Source of the DNA: the human T2T-CHM13v2.0 reference genome, Homo sapiens
DNA: 64,000 nucleotides
Reading direction: 5' to 3' (one strand)
Assembly: GCF_009914755.1 (NCBI RefSeq)
Contig: NC_060937.1
Below the pieces are notes generated by a model. It did not search any database, was not told the origin of the DNA, and saw nothing but the letters and a program-made list of their open reading frames with translations. The position numbers were made by a program, and so were the translations under genes. This document shows, in pieces, positions 14,101 through 29,490 of the stretch (positions are counted from its first letter, which is position 1; every line of letters begins with the position of its first letter).

Positions 14101-16249
14101 TATCAAATATTGTGGACTCTTAAAAATATTTTTTTAAATTAACTTTAAACTCAAATTGTAGACTGTCATACCTGAGTAGAAAGAGGCTTAGAATTGGCTT
14201 TAATTGTTTCAGCTTTATTTGCAAGGGACTTAGTCTTCCTTTCATATGTGAGGTTCAGAGAACAGCCAGGCTGTTCTCACCATAAATCCAGGCGACTGGA
14301 TTTACTCTATCCACACAATTAGTAATTCCTTTTTTTTCGGATTCTCTCCTTCCTGGAGTTTTCCTGATACTATCTCATGTTTTTTTCTTGATAAAAGGCT
14401 TCTCTGTTTCCTGGCCAGAAAGTAAGACTTTCGGGAGCTAGTTTTAGACATGTAAAAAAGCTTTCAGTCTGAAGCCTAAACAAACAAACAAACAAACTGG
14501 GACAGCTAGCAATGTGACCATCTCTTCTTCCTGTTTTAACAATGTTCAAAATCTAACTGCTTCATTTTGGTTTTTTGAGCTTTAAGTAATTACACCATGT
14601 TCAAAGATTGTATCCAACATGTACAGGATGATTGGCTTATTGGGAGCTTTTCATCCTTACTGAAAATTAAAACGCCATCCTGCTTCCTAGAATTGATCAA
14701 TTTTCAATTGCATACTCCTCTATATTTTATTAAGCATGTTTTATTTTTACATATTTTATGTAAATATTAGAAACTTTTATATTTAGGTATTTTTCTTAAA
14801 ATTATTTAATTATGTAATTTTGTTTGCCTATGTAATTTCACTTAACAAAAATATATTATTTGTAATATCGTACAGTGCAGTGTTTCAGCATTTGAAAAAC
14901 AACAATACTTTTTCTGGTGAAATTTCTTTGTGCCCAACTATCACAATATTATTTTTGTTTAACTTTTTTCTAAACTGCCCCTCAAGAAGACCACATTTAT
15001 TTATATACCAGCTGTATTTTAATTAACCATATGAATATAAAACTCTATGGTTAGGAGAAATGGATGCCCCTAGTTGCTCTGATGGCTTTCAGCAGTAATA
15101 TGTTCAAATAAACTATGCAGTGAAGGTATGTTTTTATTAATCAATTAGATTTTCATTGAAATAAATTTGTTTTGAATGAGCATGGATATTGTTATAAGGA
15201 ATTCTAATGATGATCAATATTTAACTTTGACTTCTCAACAAGAAAATCTATGCCTTATTATATAATATTTCCTTCGTAATAAATTCAAAATGTCATTCAT
15301 TTCTCACTTAGCTTTGAGTGTTGCCAGGTATGAGGAAATTTGCTGACTTAGGTAATAACAGTTCACTGTATTTGAGTCAAGTAATTGATAACTAGGAGAA
15401 CTATTGGCTACACTGGATATTAAAATTTCTTTAATGACCCATCAACTGTAGTTTGCCTGTGCAGAGTTTCAAATCATATAATTTTTTAACAAGGAAAAAA
15501 CACAGCTTCAACTGAAAGTCAAATTTGGGTTCTGAAGCATATCTTGATCATATTTTTGCAATTAAATTAATATGCTGCTGTATTGCTATATGTAATTATA
15601 TATCTTTTCAGTTTTGATTTGATGATTATTTTCTTTCTGCTATTAACAAAGCTTCAAATTTCCCCACTTTATAGTGGTAGCACTAATTGAAAATAGCAGT
15701 GCAAGACCTATATTAGTTTGAGAAAATGAAAACATCGCTGAGATATTATTGACTTTTAGACTGAATGAAATATATTGTGAAGATTTGTATTATATTGTTC
15801 ACATGATACATGAAACCTGTTTTGTATTATCTCAGTTAAAATCAAACATATGTGTAATATAACTTGTTGAAAATGCAAATGTAATTGTCCAAGACAATGT
15901 CATCTAAAGAACATATCTATTCATTGTATTTTGAAAATACAATGAATAAATCTGTCAATTATATAGTGCCTCAAACCATAAATGTTATTTAAATATGGAT
16001 TAAGAAACTAAGAGGATTTCCAGATTAAGATCCAAGAGCTATTTATGTGTTGTGAAGACATGAGGAGTTACTTACTTTAAGTTTGTTTCAAGTTTGTCAG
16101 CCAGGGTCCACATGCAGAGTAGAAAGCACCCTAGATTTTAAATGGAATTAAATTTAATTAGTATTTTAAGGTAGCTCAAGATGTAATTTTTAGAACAAAT
16201 TTTTAATTTTTATTTTTCTACAAGAAATAAAACAGTTATTGGCAAACTA

Positions 16250-17895
16250 ATATGCCAATTGACAAATCCAGGAAAGAAAGAAAATAAAAATACTCCTTGA
16301 AACCCATCAGGAAACTACGGAATCAAAGTATAGAAAATGGGGCTAAAATTTCAGAAAAAAATTGTTCTCAGGGAAAGTTGCTAATGATCTATGGATGCTT
16401 TATTCCTAGGTGAGCATGCAAATTCTGGACTGAACAGGAGAGTAAATTTAAAGTTCGGCATAGTGAGCAGCTACTGCGGAACAGAGTGTCCAACAGTCTT
16501 TGTCATGTCACCAGGATTAAATGACACAAATGGGGACTAGACATCTCAGCCATATGCCTGGTTTCTCTTGGAAAATTGTTTAATTATGAACCTATACGAG
16601 GTAAGTAACTTAGAAGTTAAAATAAAACGTATAAAACAGTAGATTTTATTTCTAGCCTCTTAATGCTAGCGGAAGGTGCTTCAATGAGTATAATAGGCTG
16701 TCAGTTGAACTCTACAATTAATGGTGAGCTGAGAATCTACAACTCCTCTTTCCCTAGAGATAATTTCTCATTCTAGGCAAAAGCTAAAATTAAAAAATTC
16801 TAGTGTGATGTTGTGTAAAAGGCCATTGCACCGGGACAGAGAAAGAAGCAGAGATTTTGTCTGTCACTTGAAGTTAGAGTAGCAAAATTAGCAGCATGAA
16901 GATCATCAATACAAAGTCAGCTTTGCTGAAGTCTGAATTTCCATGTGGTGTGAATAAATATATAAGCCAAAATGTTTCAAAAGCAGAGTTGCTCTTTTTA
17001 TAGTTTCTAGGCGAGGGGTAGACAAAGACATGCCAAAAGGAGGGTCTCTATTGGACATAATAGATCCTCAATTAAATATTCAGAAGGGTTAAATACAAGG
17101 AAGAGAGGTAGATTAATGTAGAAATTTTAAGCCTGTAAAATATAATTTGTAATATTAAGACATCAATAGATTGGTTTAAAAGCAGCATAGTCAAAACAGA
17201 AAATTGAATGAGTGAACTAAAAACTGGCTAAAAGGTATCAAAATTGAAGCCAAGAAATACAAAAAAAAAAAGTTGGAAGTAATGAAGAGAAAAAATAACA
17301 AGTGTGACACAGGGAGTCTAAGAATAGGGTAAATATATTGCAGAAGAAGAAATACTGAAAAGACAGTTAATTATTGTTTCAAATATGGCTGAAATATACC
17401 AGCCTGTGGATTCAAAAAGCTCTTCAAACACCGAATTATACACAATAAGAGCAATCTATAGGCACAAACTCAAAGTGAAGAGACCAAAAACAGAAAAGAT
17501 GTCAAGAACACTCTGTGAAAATATAAATATTTTCTCTGAGGGATTAACAACAAGAATGTTAGTTGACTTATCCCTAGAATTGGTAGAAGCCAGAAAAAAA
17601 TGACATGATGAAATCTATCTTCAAAATACTGAAATTAAAAAAAGACAATTTAGAATTCTTTATCTAGTGAAAATATCTTTACAAAAAGAAGAAAAATGAT
17701 CCTTTCACAAAAATCAAAATGAAGAAATTTGTCATTAACATATCTGCACTGAAAGAGATAATAAATGAGAATTCTTCTCAGAAGAAAACAGGGAATTAAA
17801 GAAAACAATATAACAGCAATGTGAATGGAAAATATATGGGTAAAAGAAAATAAACATTGAACACACAAAACAATAATACTAATATCTTGAAGTCT
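16250..17895 (+). mobile_element. Old L1M 5' region/ORF1 remnant
   Basis: ~17560-17790 resembles the ORF1p C-terminus (EAR..IFKILK..RILY..KISF..KFV..SALKE); start approximate. Confidence 0.65.
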
Positions 17896-17902
17896 CTAAA
17901 TT

Positions 17903-18268
17903 TGTCTTACTCAGTTCAGGCTGATAGAACAAAATACCGTAATTAAGTGCCTTATTAGTAACAATTTATTTCTCAAAGTTCTAGAGGCTAGAAAACCAAC
18001 ATCAGGGTGCCATCATGTTCGGGTTCTGTTGGGGGCCCTTCTCTGGGTTGCAGACTCTCAGCTTCTCAGTTGTATTGTCATGTGGCAAAAAAAGTTAAAG
18101 AAATTCTCTGGAAATCCTTTTCTAAGGGCACTAATATTATTCATGAGGGTTCTACTCTCATGACTTAATTACGTCCTAAACACCCCACCTCTTAGTATCA
18201 TCACTTTGGGAGATAGAATTTCAACACATAAATTTGAGAGAAGGGTCACAAACAATCAGTCTATAATA
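17903..18268 (-). mobile_element. MLT1A-like MaLR solo LTR
   Basis: TGTCTTACTCAGTTCAGGCTG...TTTATTTCTCAAAGTTCTAGAGGCTAG...AAGGGCACTAAT...TTTCAACACATAAATTTG. Confidence 0.85.
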
Positions 18269-18349
18269 ATAAATATAAAATTAAAATTTGTATCACAGGG
18301 TAAATATAAAACTAATTTATTAAAAATGTTTCATAAGAATTCAAAGGAC

Positions 18350-18666
<317 letters not shown>

Positions 18667-19559
18667 TTACTTAAGTGCCTTTTTTCTATTTCTAGCCCCC
18701 AGTCTATTATTTTATAAACCAGTTGATACATAAATAGTTTCTTGTGGGAGGATATATTATTTACATACTTTCTATGTAGTAAACATGTATGTGTATGTGT
18801 GTGGGTGTGTATCCAACTGCTTTGTTGGAGTGATTCCTATGGTTTGGAACTGCCAGGGCCAAGTTTATGCAAAAATCTACATTTTTGGATAAACCCCCCT
18901 TGACTAGAGTAGGTTTCCCCAGTATTTGATCATTCTTCATTCTTAAAGCTGTACAAACATCAGATATCAATATTTGTGAGGATCGATAATGTCATTTATA
19001 ATGAAATTGCTTTCTCAACTTTTAATGTTAAGTATATCATCTTCATATAGCCTTATAACTCATTTCTGCTATTCCATTTTCCTCTGTTCCTTTTATTTTC
19101 ACTTCCTTTGTAATGTTAATCTCTTTGTACTGATTTCTGAAAAGTTCATTTATGACTAAAGATGTTAACATTTTGTCTAGAATTGCAAATATGTTTTTTC
19201 TCATTCATTTTACTGTGACGTTTTGTTTTTTGGTTGCACAGAAGTTGTATATTGAAATATAATCTTGTTCTGTTAAAAAAATAAAATTTGTGACAAATGT
19301 AAGAGTGGAACAAATGAAGTTCAAATATACTCAGTGGAAGCATTAAAAATACTAGTTATTGTACAAGCTTACTTATTTTTCATCTTTATTGAGTAGTAAT
19401 TAAAAAGTATTATTTTGAAAACTTTTTGGAATAGTAAAAGTGAATGGGGCATCACATAAAGTATGCACTGAATAGATTTTATGTAATATATGACTATTTT
19501 GCTTTACAATCTAATGTAAAGTTTTACTATTTAATCATATCCTACACAATTATATCTTT

Positions 19560-19705
19560 TCAATTTCCTGATATATAGGAGATATTATTTTACACCTGTA
19601 ATTCCAGTGATAAAACTTAAGTGCAATGAGATTAAATGACTTGCCTAAGGTTAGTTACTCAGATAAGAAATGACTAATAAAACTCAGATTTTCTAACAGC
19701 AAAGA
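19560..19705 (-). mobile_element. MIR fragment
   Basis: GAGATTAAATGACTTGCCTAAGGT MIR motif. Confidence 0.6.
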
Positions 19706-20520
19706 TAATTTTAGCTAAGCTTTTCTAGTTATAGTCTTTAGTTAAGATAAAATTAGTGTATTTGTGTGTTTCACAAATTAGGTATAAATATAGACATAGG
19801 TAAAGACAGATACAGATAACATAAAAGAGTTCATATTAAGTCACTCTGAGCAAATGTAGCCTTGACAATTGTTAAATAATTTGACATTTATTTCCCTACA
19901 CTTTGGAAAAGATATGCTTTTCCAGTCCCCACATTACTCTCATCTCATCAATATCACTTTTTCCTGAAGAGTCCAAGAAAGCCTTTGCTAAGACTTGGTA
20001 CCACAAAAGTCATCCAGGAGCCTCTTTCAATGTATAAAAAATAATATACAACACTTTCTGTTTGTTCTTGCTCAGTCTATTTGCAAAATATTTTGAATAT
20101 TGCTGAAATTATAAATGATTATTGGAACAAGCATATGGATAACTTTTGGTAATATGTTTGAAATTCCTGCAGAATAAGTTTTTCAGATGGAAGTTTTCCT
20201 AGCCATTATTGAGCAATTAACATATGCCAGGCAACTTACTAGATGTTTTAACATACTTTCATGGGAAAAATGATGACTAACACCTTTCCAGTGCCAGGAG
20301 GGGCATTTATTAAATAGTCACTAAATTCCTCCTTTCTTAAAGAAGTTGATAATACTCTCTATCTCCTGAGTAAGAAGTCGACTGAAGAAATATGTGCATA
20401 TTTAGATGTAGGTACATTGTACCTACATCTATAGGTAACATTATCTTCACCAACAACCAATGCCCTGTGCCTTCACACAATACATTGACAATAGAGAAAA
20501 TGTGTTTTATTAAAGGAAAG

Positions 20521-20810
20521 TTGCTGTGGCTCACCCCTGCAGCCCCAGTGCTTTGGGAGGCTGAAGTGGGAGGAGCACTTGAAGCCAAGAGTTCCAAATC
20601 AGCCTGGGCAAGATAGCAAGACTCCCGTCTGTCTCCACCCAAAATTAAAACATTAGCTGGGCATGGTGGTGCACACCTGTAGTCCTAGCTATTCAGGAGG
20701 TTGAGGCGGATGGATTACTTGAGCCAAGAAGTTTGCGGCTCCGGTGAGCAATGATCATACCACCACACTCCAACCTGGGTGACAGAGTGAGATGATGTCT
20801 CCTGAAGAGA

Positions 20811-20846
<36 letters not shown>
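20521..20846 (+). mobile_element. AluJ with (GA)n tail
   Basis: Diverged Alu dimer; tail converted to (GA)n at ~20805-20846. Confidence 0.88.
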
Positions 20847-20851
<5 letters not shown>

Positions 20852-21069
20852 CTTGAAATTGCTTTGTAGGCTTAAGCACATGGATGACATGGGTGCACAC
20901 CATGATAATTCAGGTTCACACACAACTTTAGCATATTATCATCTACATGTTTTCCCAAATTCTGTGTTCTATTTTCTTCTTGTTCCTCTAAATTGTATTA
21001 TTAATTGCTGATCCAAGTTTTACTATATTTTCTTCAAAGCTAATTTAAATGTTTTCCAAATAAATCTAA

Positions 21070-21450
<381 letters not shown>

Positions 21451-23554
21451 AGAATTTATTTTTAAATGTACTAATAGGTGATTATGTTTAAGAGTTTTTA
21501 GATACTACTCAGCTTTCAGGCAACTAAGGTCCTCCCAGATATAAACCATATTGAATAGAGTGTTATCTCATTTATGACCAGCCACCCAGGAGCAGTGAGT
21601 TTTATTGCATGAAAAAAAATAAAATAAATTTATATATTGGACAAATAACTTGAAATCTTAAAATTATAGACTTGAAAAAAGTAATAAAAGATCTGGAAAC
21701 TAAGTACAGGATTGTTGAATTTATTGATATTCTTTCCAGAATTTCCTTTGTCATTCTTATCTATATTTTTGGAGGAGATGGGTTTCAAGAAAATTAAAAA
21801 GAAAATTGGGAAAATTAAAGACAAGACTTAAAGATACCTGGAGGCCAAATTTCAGTGTGTGTGTAAAGTCTTTTATAAATCAATTACAGCCTTGGCTGAG
21901 ATAGGTGAACTCATCTGAGCCATTTTAAGTAGGATTCTGTGCACATCATGATCTCAAAATTGCTCTATTAAAAGTGTGTAACAACTCCATGACTACTCCT
22001 GACAGGTTGTCTTTCATTACTAGTTTGTGAGGACCTTTTGACAGGATGTAATCTGGGTGACTGTAACATCTCATTGATCCATTTGCAGTCTATCTCTAGT
22101 TGTTCTGAAACTGCTATAAATTGGTTTCCTTCTCATGCCTTCTAATAATCAGTCTAGGGAATTCTGAGAAAGTTTTGGGTGTGATTAAAATCTGAGCTGG
22201 GATTTTGAGACTATTATAAACTATATGAGAAATCTATCAATTCAAAATAATTTTAGATAATCAATGTCTTTAAATTTATTCATGTATTTTACAAACATAA
22301 ATAAAACTTGTTAAACATTTATAGAAAATTAATATTTATCATAAAACTGAGTTTAATACTATTATATGTAACATTGCTTTTTTGTAATGATGGTTTCATG
22401 TTGCAATTGTATCCACAAAATGAGAATAACAACATCATTATTATTAGGATGTGTTGTTTACATACAATTATTAAATCATTATTAAATATTAGCTACAATA
22501 AGGGTGACAGTATATATTGTCAGATTAACAGAGATAGCTAGAAATATAGCTGTTGAGTCTTTCAATAAGAACTATTATTATCTTTAAGCCTAAACGTCAT
22601 GCAGAACTTTATGTTAATTGCTTTTAGCCATACACAATTCATCATCAGATGAACTCAATTCTTTGCTAAATAGATAAAAAAATGCATGTTTGAATTTGGA
22701 TATTATATACATCAAATTATAAAACAAAAACTATTTCAATATAATGAGTTTTAACCAATATGAATTTTCCTGTGAATAATATTTTTCTCAAAGATTTATT
22801 ATTTTTATCAACAGGGTCATTTTTAGATACAAATAAATGTTGAACAATTCCAATTATAATTATACGAAGCACTGGATTTTATTTTATGAAAGAATTAAAA
22901 CTTTCTTGGAAGGGAGATAGGAATGGAGGTAGAAATACTATCACTTTGTAATCATTTATTCTTATTTATCACCACACTGGCAGAATGCGACTCACTTATT
23001 TATGCCATTATTTGAGGGTACAGTTGAATGGGCTTACCTTCCAGAACTGAGGCCTTTATTTCTATACTAAGGTGTTATAATTTGAGATTGATACATTTCA
23101 TAGTTCATAAAACCAACAATTAACTTGAAAGCAATAAGTACAATTCAGCTGATTGGCCATAAGGATTTAAAGCATTAAGTAATAGCACTTGAATAGTGCT
23201 ATTCAAATACTTCATCCAAATCCATCTAGTCTGTGACTTGAAATTTTCTGCTCAAGGCTGAGGCTTATTTTTTATAGTTTTTGTATTCATGCAAAGCTGG
23301 TGAATATCCTACAGGACAATGCAATCATAACTATTGGACTTAATTTTTCTTCTGACAAGAAATCTCCGAGTTAACATATAACCTAATAGTGTTACAGCTT
23401 TAAGCAAGTAGTAAATCTTGAAGCCAACCATGAGTAAATTCTAAAAAGAAACAGAGTTTACAGGTGGACTTACTAAGTAACAGCTTCATTTGACACTGAA
23501 GGAGTATTCTGTAGTCTTTTCTGAGTTAGATAGATATTATTAATGCATTAATAC

Positions 23555-24620
23555 AGTAAACTAACATTTACTAAACCCCTGCTCTCTATCACACCTCAAA
23601 TACTGTGCCAAGCATAGGTTGTATCTCTGCTTTTCAAGCACTCACGGAAGAGCTGGGATGAAAGCTTCATAAATATACAATTACAGTATATGTTATTTTC
23701 CATTTCAAAATGATGTTCTAGCAATTAGGAGAATATATAATGGAGCTACAAACGTTACTTCAGCAATTTAAGAAGAACTCATAGAGTAGAAGACCCTCAA
23801 TTAGATTTCTAAAGTAGAAACAGGAGGCACCAAAAGGAGAGGAGATCAGTATTGGCTGAAAGAAAAAGCCTGAGTAAAAGGTGAAGGGTCTGATGGGACA
23901 TGTCTCGTTTGGTATGTTTCATACAGTTTAGGATGCTTGCAGCACTTTTTTGTTATTTGTATGAGACTAAACATGTAGACAAGCATGGAATCAAGAAGCA
24001 CATACAGACTTTTCTAAGAAGTTAATTGTTAGCCTGTGAGATATTAGAAAAGGAGGAATTTAAGTAGAACAGTAGCAGAATCAGATTTGTCTTTAGTCCA
24101 AAGGCATTGATAGAAATGTTGAGGATTGGCAGGACAGTGAACAGACTGGAAAGCTGAAGACCAGCAGTCTGTCATTATCATAATTTGCACTAGAGATAGT
24201 ACAGCCAAAACACATTCTCACTTTAATTGGAAAGAAGCAGAGATGGGAGACTTATGTTTGAGAAGGAGAGAGAAAAATATAGAATGATTCCCAAGAAATT
24301 GCCTTGGGCAACTGGATGAGTGACAGTGCTATTAAATAAGATAGGAAATATATTAGGTTCAAGTGAAAAAATGATTTGAATTTTCAACAAGATGCCTATG
24401 TGGTTATCAAAGGGAAAATGTCCAGTGGCCATCAAATATATGGGAGTAGAAACTAGGAAATAGGTGTGGAATATACAGATTTGAAGATCATTAATATATT
24501 AGTGCTTTTTAAAGAGACCACTGGACATACAATGTGAATGAGACAGATGTTTGGAACTTGCATGCTTGAAGCCATAAATGTGATTTAAACAGTCTTTCCA
24601 AGTGTACAGAGAATGAAGAG
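23555..24620 (-). mobile_element. L2 3' fragment
   Basis: AACATTTACTAAACCCCTG end motif; GCCTTGGGCAACTGGATGAGTG; GATTTGAAGATCATTAATATA. Confidence 0.65.
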
Positions 24621-25114
24621 AAATTGTACTCTGAAATTTTAAAAAACTCAGATAGACAGAGGGAAAAATAAATAAAAAACTCCTTCATGGACTCAGCTTG
24701 CAGTCAGTGAAAAACAACACACTGCAGCCATAATTAATTTCCAAGTATCTCACCCTCCTCCTGCATTATCCAGGTAGCTGGCAAATATTTGGTAGGGACT
24801 CAATATACAACAGGTATTGTGCACACCTTATGACATACGATATTAAATTATAAGATTAAAAGAATTTCAGTCGATATATAAAATCATATAGAAAAAATAA
24901 CTTTGGGGTCTAATTATAGTTTATTTTGTTAATTATCCACATAACAATACTCATTGGGAAAGGTCAAGAGGGCTTCAGAGGCTCAGAAAAGAAGCAAGTT
25001 AGAAAGACCAGATTACTGATACAAAGGCCCTATTTTATTAATTGCATTTAATTATTTAACAAAATTGTCATCTGAGAGTTAAAACAAAACTCCTTTTCTT
25101 GTTCAAACCATTTA

Positions 25115-25265
25115 GAGTTTACTGTGTGTGAGGCATTGGTCCTTATGCTTCATACAATATTAACAATCATCCTCATGAAGATACTACAGAATGGGTACCA
25201 TTATTATCCCTAATTTACAGATCAGAAAATTGAAGTTGTTTTAGTAAGATAATATAACTTCCTTG
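25115..25265 (-). mobile_element. MIR fragment
   Basis: ATTATTATCCCTAATTTACAGATCAGAAAATTGAAG (MIR core, antisense). Confidence 0.7.
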
Positions 25266-25808
25266 ACAAAATAAAAATAAAGTTTTATATTACCCTATTT
25301 CCCTGCTTAAGGCATAATTATGGACTAAGCAGTAGCTCAGCTTAGGCTTAGGGCCAAATCTCCACTAAAGCACAAGCATGTTCAGTGCATGCCTTTTTCC
25401 TATTTCAGTTCTCAGCACTTAGTTGACTGATGCATAGTAGATGCAACTAGATGCTAATGACTACGAAGGATGCATATATAGTTATTCTGAGCCGTTTCCA
25501 GGGCTTCCAAATGCAGCAGGTAAACAAAAGCATGAGCCACTGAGGGACAGAACATGTAAGTCAGAGTTGACCAGAATATGGTGACTTAATCACAGAGAAA
25601 AAAAAAAGAAAAAAAATTATTCAGCAATTACTTTCTTCTAAGAATTCTGTTAAGATGTTTAGTGAAAACTCTCACCTAAGCTTTAAAAGGGGAAGTATAA
25701 CCAACTCTACTTAATGGGCAAAGAAACTATGGTTCAAATGGATTAAATAACTTATTCAGTGTTGTAGTGCTCTCATGGAGCCAAAGCTTATTGTTATTTT
25801 ATTTTTTC

Positions 25809-26657
25809 TGATACAGACAGGAGGCAGAGAAATACCAGATAGAAAAGGGTAGGGTCCCTGGCAAAGGCTCCACTCTCAAGCCTGGACCTGTGGCCCAAAG
25901 TGAGAACTACCCGTTTTCCTGCCTGAACATTGCCTTCTGGCTCACCCCACCCCCTATCCTGTGCCCATAAGACCCCCAAACCTGAGACTCAGCAGACACA
26001 CATACACACAGAAGAGAGAAGCATCTGAACATCAAGAGGAGAAGCAGCAGCTGGATGTTGGAGACTATGGTCAGAGATGGGTTCAGCTGGGGATGGTCAG
26101 AGAGGATTCAGCAGGGGATGACTGAACTCCAGGGGAAGACCATCTTCCCATTCCATCCCCTTTCCAGCTCCCCATCTCACTGAGAGCCACTTCCACCACT
26201 CAGTAAAATCCATCACATTCACCACCTTCCAATTTGTTCATGTGACCTGATTCTTCCTGGATGCCAGACAATAACTCAGGTACCAAGAAGGCAGGGTGTC
26301 ACCCTGGCCCTCCACCAAAGTAGTTAACACTTAGCCTTCCACAGATGGCAACTGCTAAAAGGCACTGATTGTAACATATGCACTCTGGGTCTCCACAGTT
26401 CACAGACACCACCTCCTGGACAGCAAAGCTTAAATAGCATTGTAATATGCTTGGATGCTGCTGTGGGGTTCGCACAGAGCCTGCTCCTGCCAGAGAGAAG
26501 CAACCTGCCGGTTCCAGCATTCATTCTCTCTGGTTCCTGCACCCTTCCGCTTGTGTGCTCCCTCCCATATGGGATTAAGTGCGGTGGCCGAGTAAATAAG
26601 CCACCCCCTTCACAAGTCCTGCAAAAGGGTCAAGGGAACTATTTCACCTCATTTTCA
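25809..26657 (+). mobile_element. Solo ERV1 LTR, LTR1 family
   Basis: Starts TGATACAGACAGGAGGCAGAGAAATAC, ends ...CA; near-TSD TTTC/TTGC; homologous to the copy at 50889-51655. Confidence 0.82.
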
Positions 26658-27024
26658 TTGCAGCTTGCTACACTGCCAAATAGAATACATTCTAATGGGA
26701 GCAGATGTCCACTAGGATTTAAAGTCTGTTGCTAACAAGAAGATGCGTAATTTGACTTTTCTGATTAAAAAAGAGTTATCTTAGTAATTATCACTGTACA
26801 TGCCATCAGCAGGACACCTGTCTTTTTCTACTTGAAAACTTAAGGCAGGTATCTGCAGTTTACTGAAATTGCCATGGGATGGTTGTAAATTTGAATATAA
26901 ACACAAGTACACACACATATGCACATATGTACATTATACATATACTAACATATTCACAGGAAAGAAAAAATAGCTTCTCATATACGTATGTGACATGTAT
27001 ATTATATACATATAAATGTAAAAG

Positions 27025-27052
<28 letters not shown>
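27025..27052. repeat. (CA)n microsatellite
   Basis: About 14 CA units. Confidence 0.95.
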
Positions 27053-27055
<3 letters not shown>

Positions 27056-28786
27056 AAAAAAGAGAGGCCGAGGTATAGATATTTAAACTTACCTTGCCTA
27101 CCATAGAAGAGAAATTTGTGTTTACTTCTAATTTAGCAATAGTACAAAAGAACAATTCACCCACGTGGGAATACTGCAAACATATTGCTAAGATCAGTCA
27201 GCCCTGAGGTGATTTTCTAAGAAAGTGCTGATCATGTAAGATAATACTGCTTGTGGAAAGCTTTAACTTATGTATTCAATTTATTTTCAAGTTAAAAGCA
27301 ACTGCCCAAATGATCTGAATGTCAAAACCCAGTACAGAGTAAATGCTATTTTAGTGGTTCTGAGGTTAGCATAGCTTTGACCTCCTTATCTGCACCATAG
27401 TATTCTGATAGCTGTGTCATCAGTTCAGGACTGCAGAAAAACAAACTTCTAAATAGGCAGAGCTAGTTGTAATATGAGCCAAAGGTGTTAGAGGTGACAT
27501 TTCCTCAGCATTAATCTTCTATACATTGCCATTCTGATTATCAACATCACAGATACCAACCGGGTTGGGAGAAAAAATCTTGCGGGCAACTTCAATTCAT
27601 AAACTTAACCTATTTATAAACGAGACTCATTTAATTTAATTTCGCTACAAATACATTAACAACCATATCACCTGAGTTGCTACACACTTTGAGAGGCATA
27701 ATAAATTTCAACATATAAACAAAATCTTATAAACAAAAAACAAAAAAAAAGCTCATTGAGCACAAAAGCACAAAAGATCAGTCTCATTAATTCATTTGAA
27801 GAATAAAAATAAATATTTAGGAGATAAATATTTAGGAGAAGAAAATCTCTGGGGCAGAATCCTAAGAAAAGGATTGACTGCTAGGTGACCTAGCAGATAT
27901 TTTATCTCTAACTTCTTAGATGATATGACAAATGTATAATTAAAATTATGTATAATTACATAATGTACAGTATAAGTCAAATTATGTATAATTATAATTA
28001 CATATGTATTATTAAAATGATATGTAATTACCTAATTATGATAACACATATTTCTGAGACATGTATTAATACAACCATATCAAATACTATTTTCTTTTAT
28101 GGGAAAAATAACTATATCTTAAATTTTAAAAATTGCTTTCCATATATTCTATTTGTTGAGTTAGTAATAGGAAGTCAAACTTTAAATGTATATTTGAGTA
28201 GATGGGTGTTCTGATACATCCAAAGATTAAGCAAACTTCTTCATTTTCTAAATAAAATGAAATATTTTTCTTAATATGTACTAATTTTAATCTTAACTTT
28301 TTCCTGAAAATAGGTTTCAGTATTTTCATGGTACCTTAATAGAAAATATTAAAAGACAAATGCTCAATGTAAATACCTTATATTTCATTTTATAAACAAT
28401 AGAATTTTTGGAGCTTTCTGACTCTCACTTCCTGTGTATGCTTCATTAGTCCCACAAACCTGATTGAAATTATTGTTGCATTTTATGGCTTAGGTATATT
28501 TCCGGTGTTTGAAAGAAAACAAAATGTGTCTTTTAATAACTTCTGCCTTTCAAGATCTTTGAAAAACAGTGGATTCATGGCCTGTACCTTGTTGCTCAGG
28601 CCCACCCAGCCAACACAACACACCTTATTCTCATCTTTGTGAAACTTAAATTTAGATTATGACTATGTAATCTTAGAAAATAAAAACGCTGAAAGAACTG
28701 CGTCTCTACTCAGAAAATGTTTCGCTTCTCAAAGATGGGTTTGCACATGCAAAAATAAATAAATAAATAAAAAATAAAAAGATGTA

Positions 28787-29059
<273 letters not shown>

Positions 29060-29089
29060 AAAAAGATGTGCGCATTTGTAGCTAAATTT

Positions 29090-29490
29090 TCTTTACATAC
29101 AAACTGGAAGTAGTTCAAATGTCCATTGTCCATGTAGAGATGAATACATAAATAAATGATTCATAAAATGGACTGCTGTTCAGCACTGATAGTAAGTTAA
29201 TTATAATTGCAATATGGAGTATTGCAACAGAACAAATGTTGAGTAGAAGAAGCCAGAAATAAAAGAATACATGTATGACTCAATTTTCAGTGTGACTCAA
29301 TTTTCACAAGGTTAAAATAGGCAAAATATACTTATGATGTAATAAATTAAGGTGCTGGTAGTAACACTATTTTTTTTAACTCCAGGGGCAATTTCACTCT
29401 TATCTTGATTCTGCAATAATTTCCTGAGCTGTGAATTTATGATTAATGAGCTCATTAGGATATGAATTATACTTCAATTAAAAACTCAAA
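29090..29490 (+). mobile_element. Old L1ME-type 3' fragment
   Basis: AAACTGGAAGTAGTTCAAATGTCCA; ATGTTGAGTAGAAGAAGCCAGA. Confidence 0.6.

Noticed and set aside
27809-28050. 15-bp duplication ATAAATATTTAGGAG and the adjacent AT-rich self-similar stretch
   Set aside because: Ordinary slippage and low complexity; no long perfect arm.
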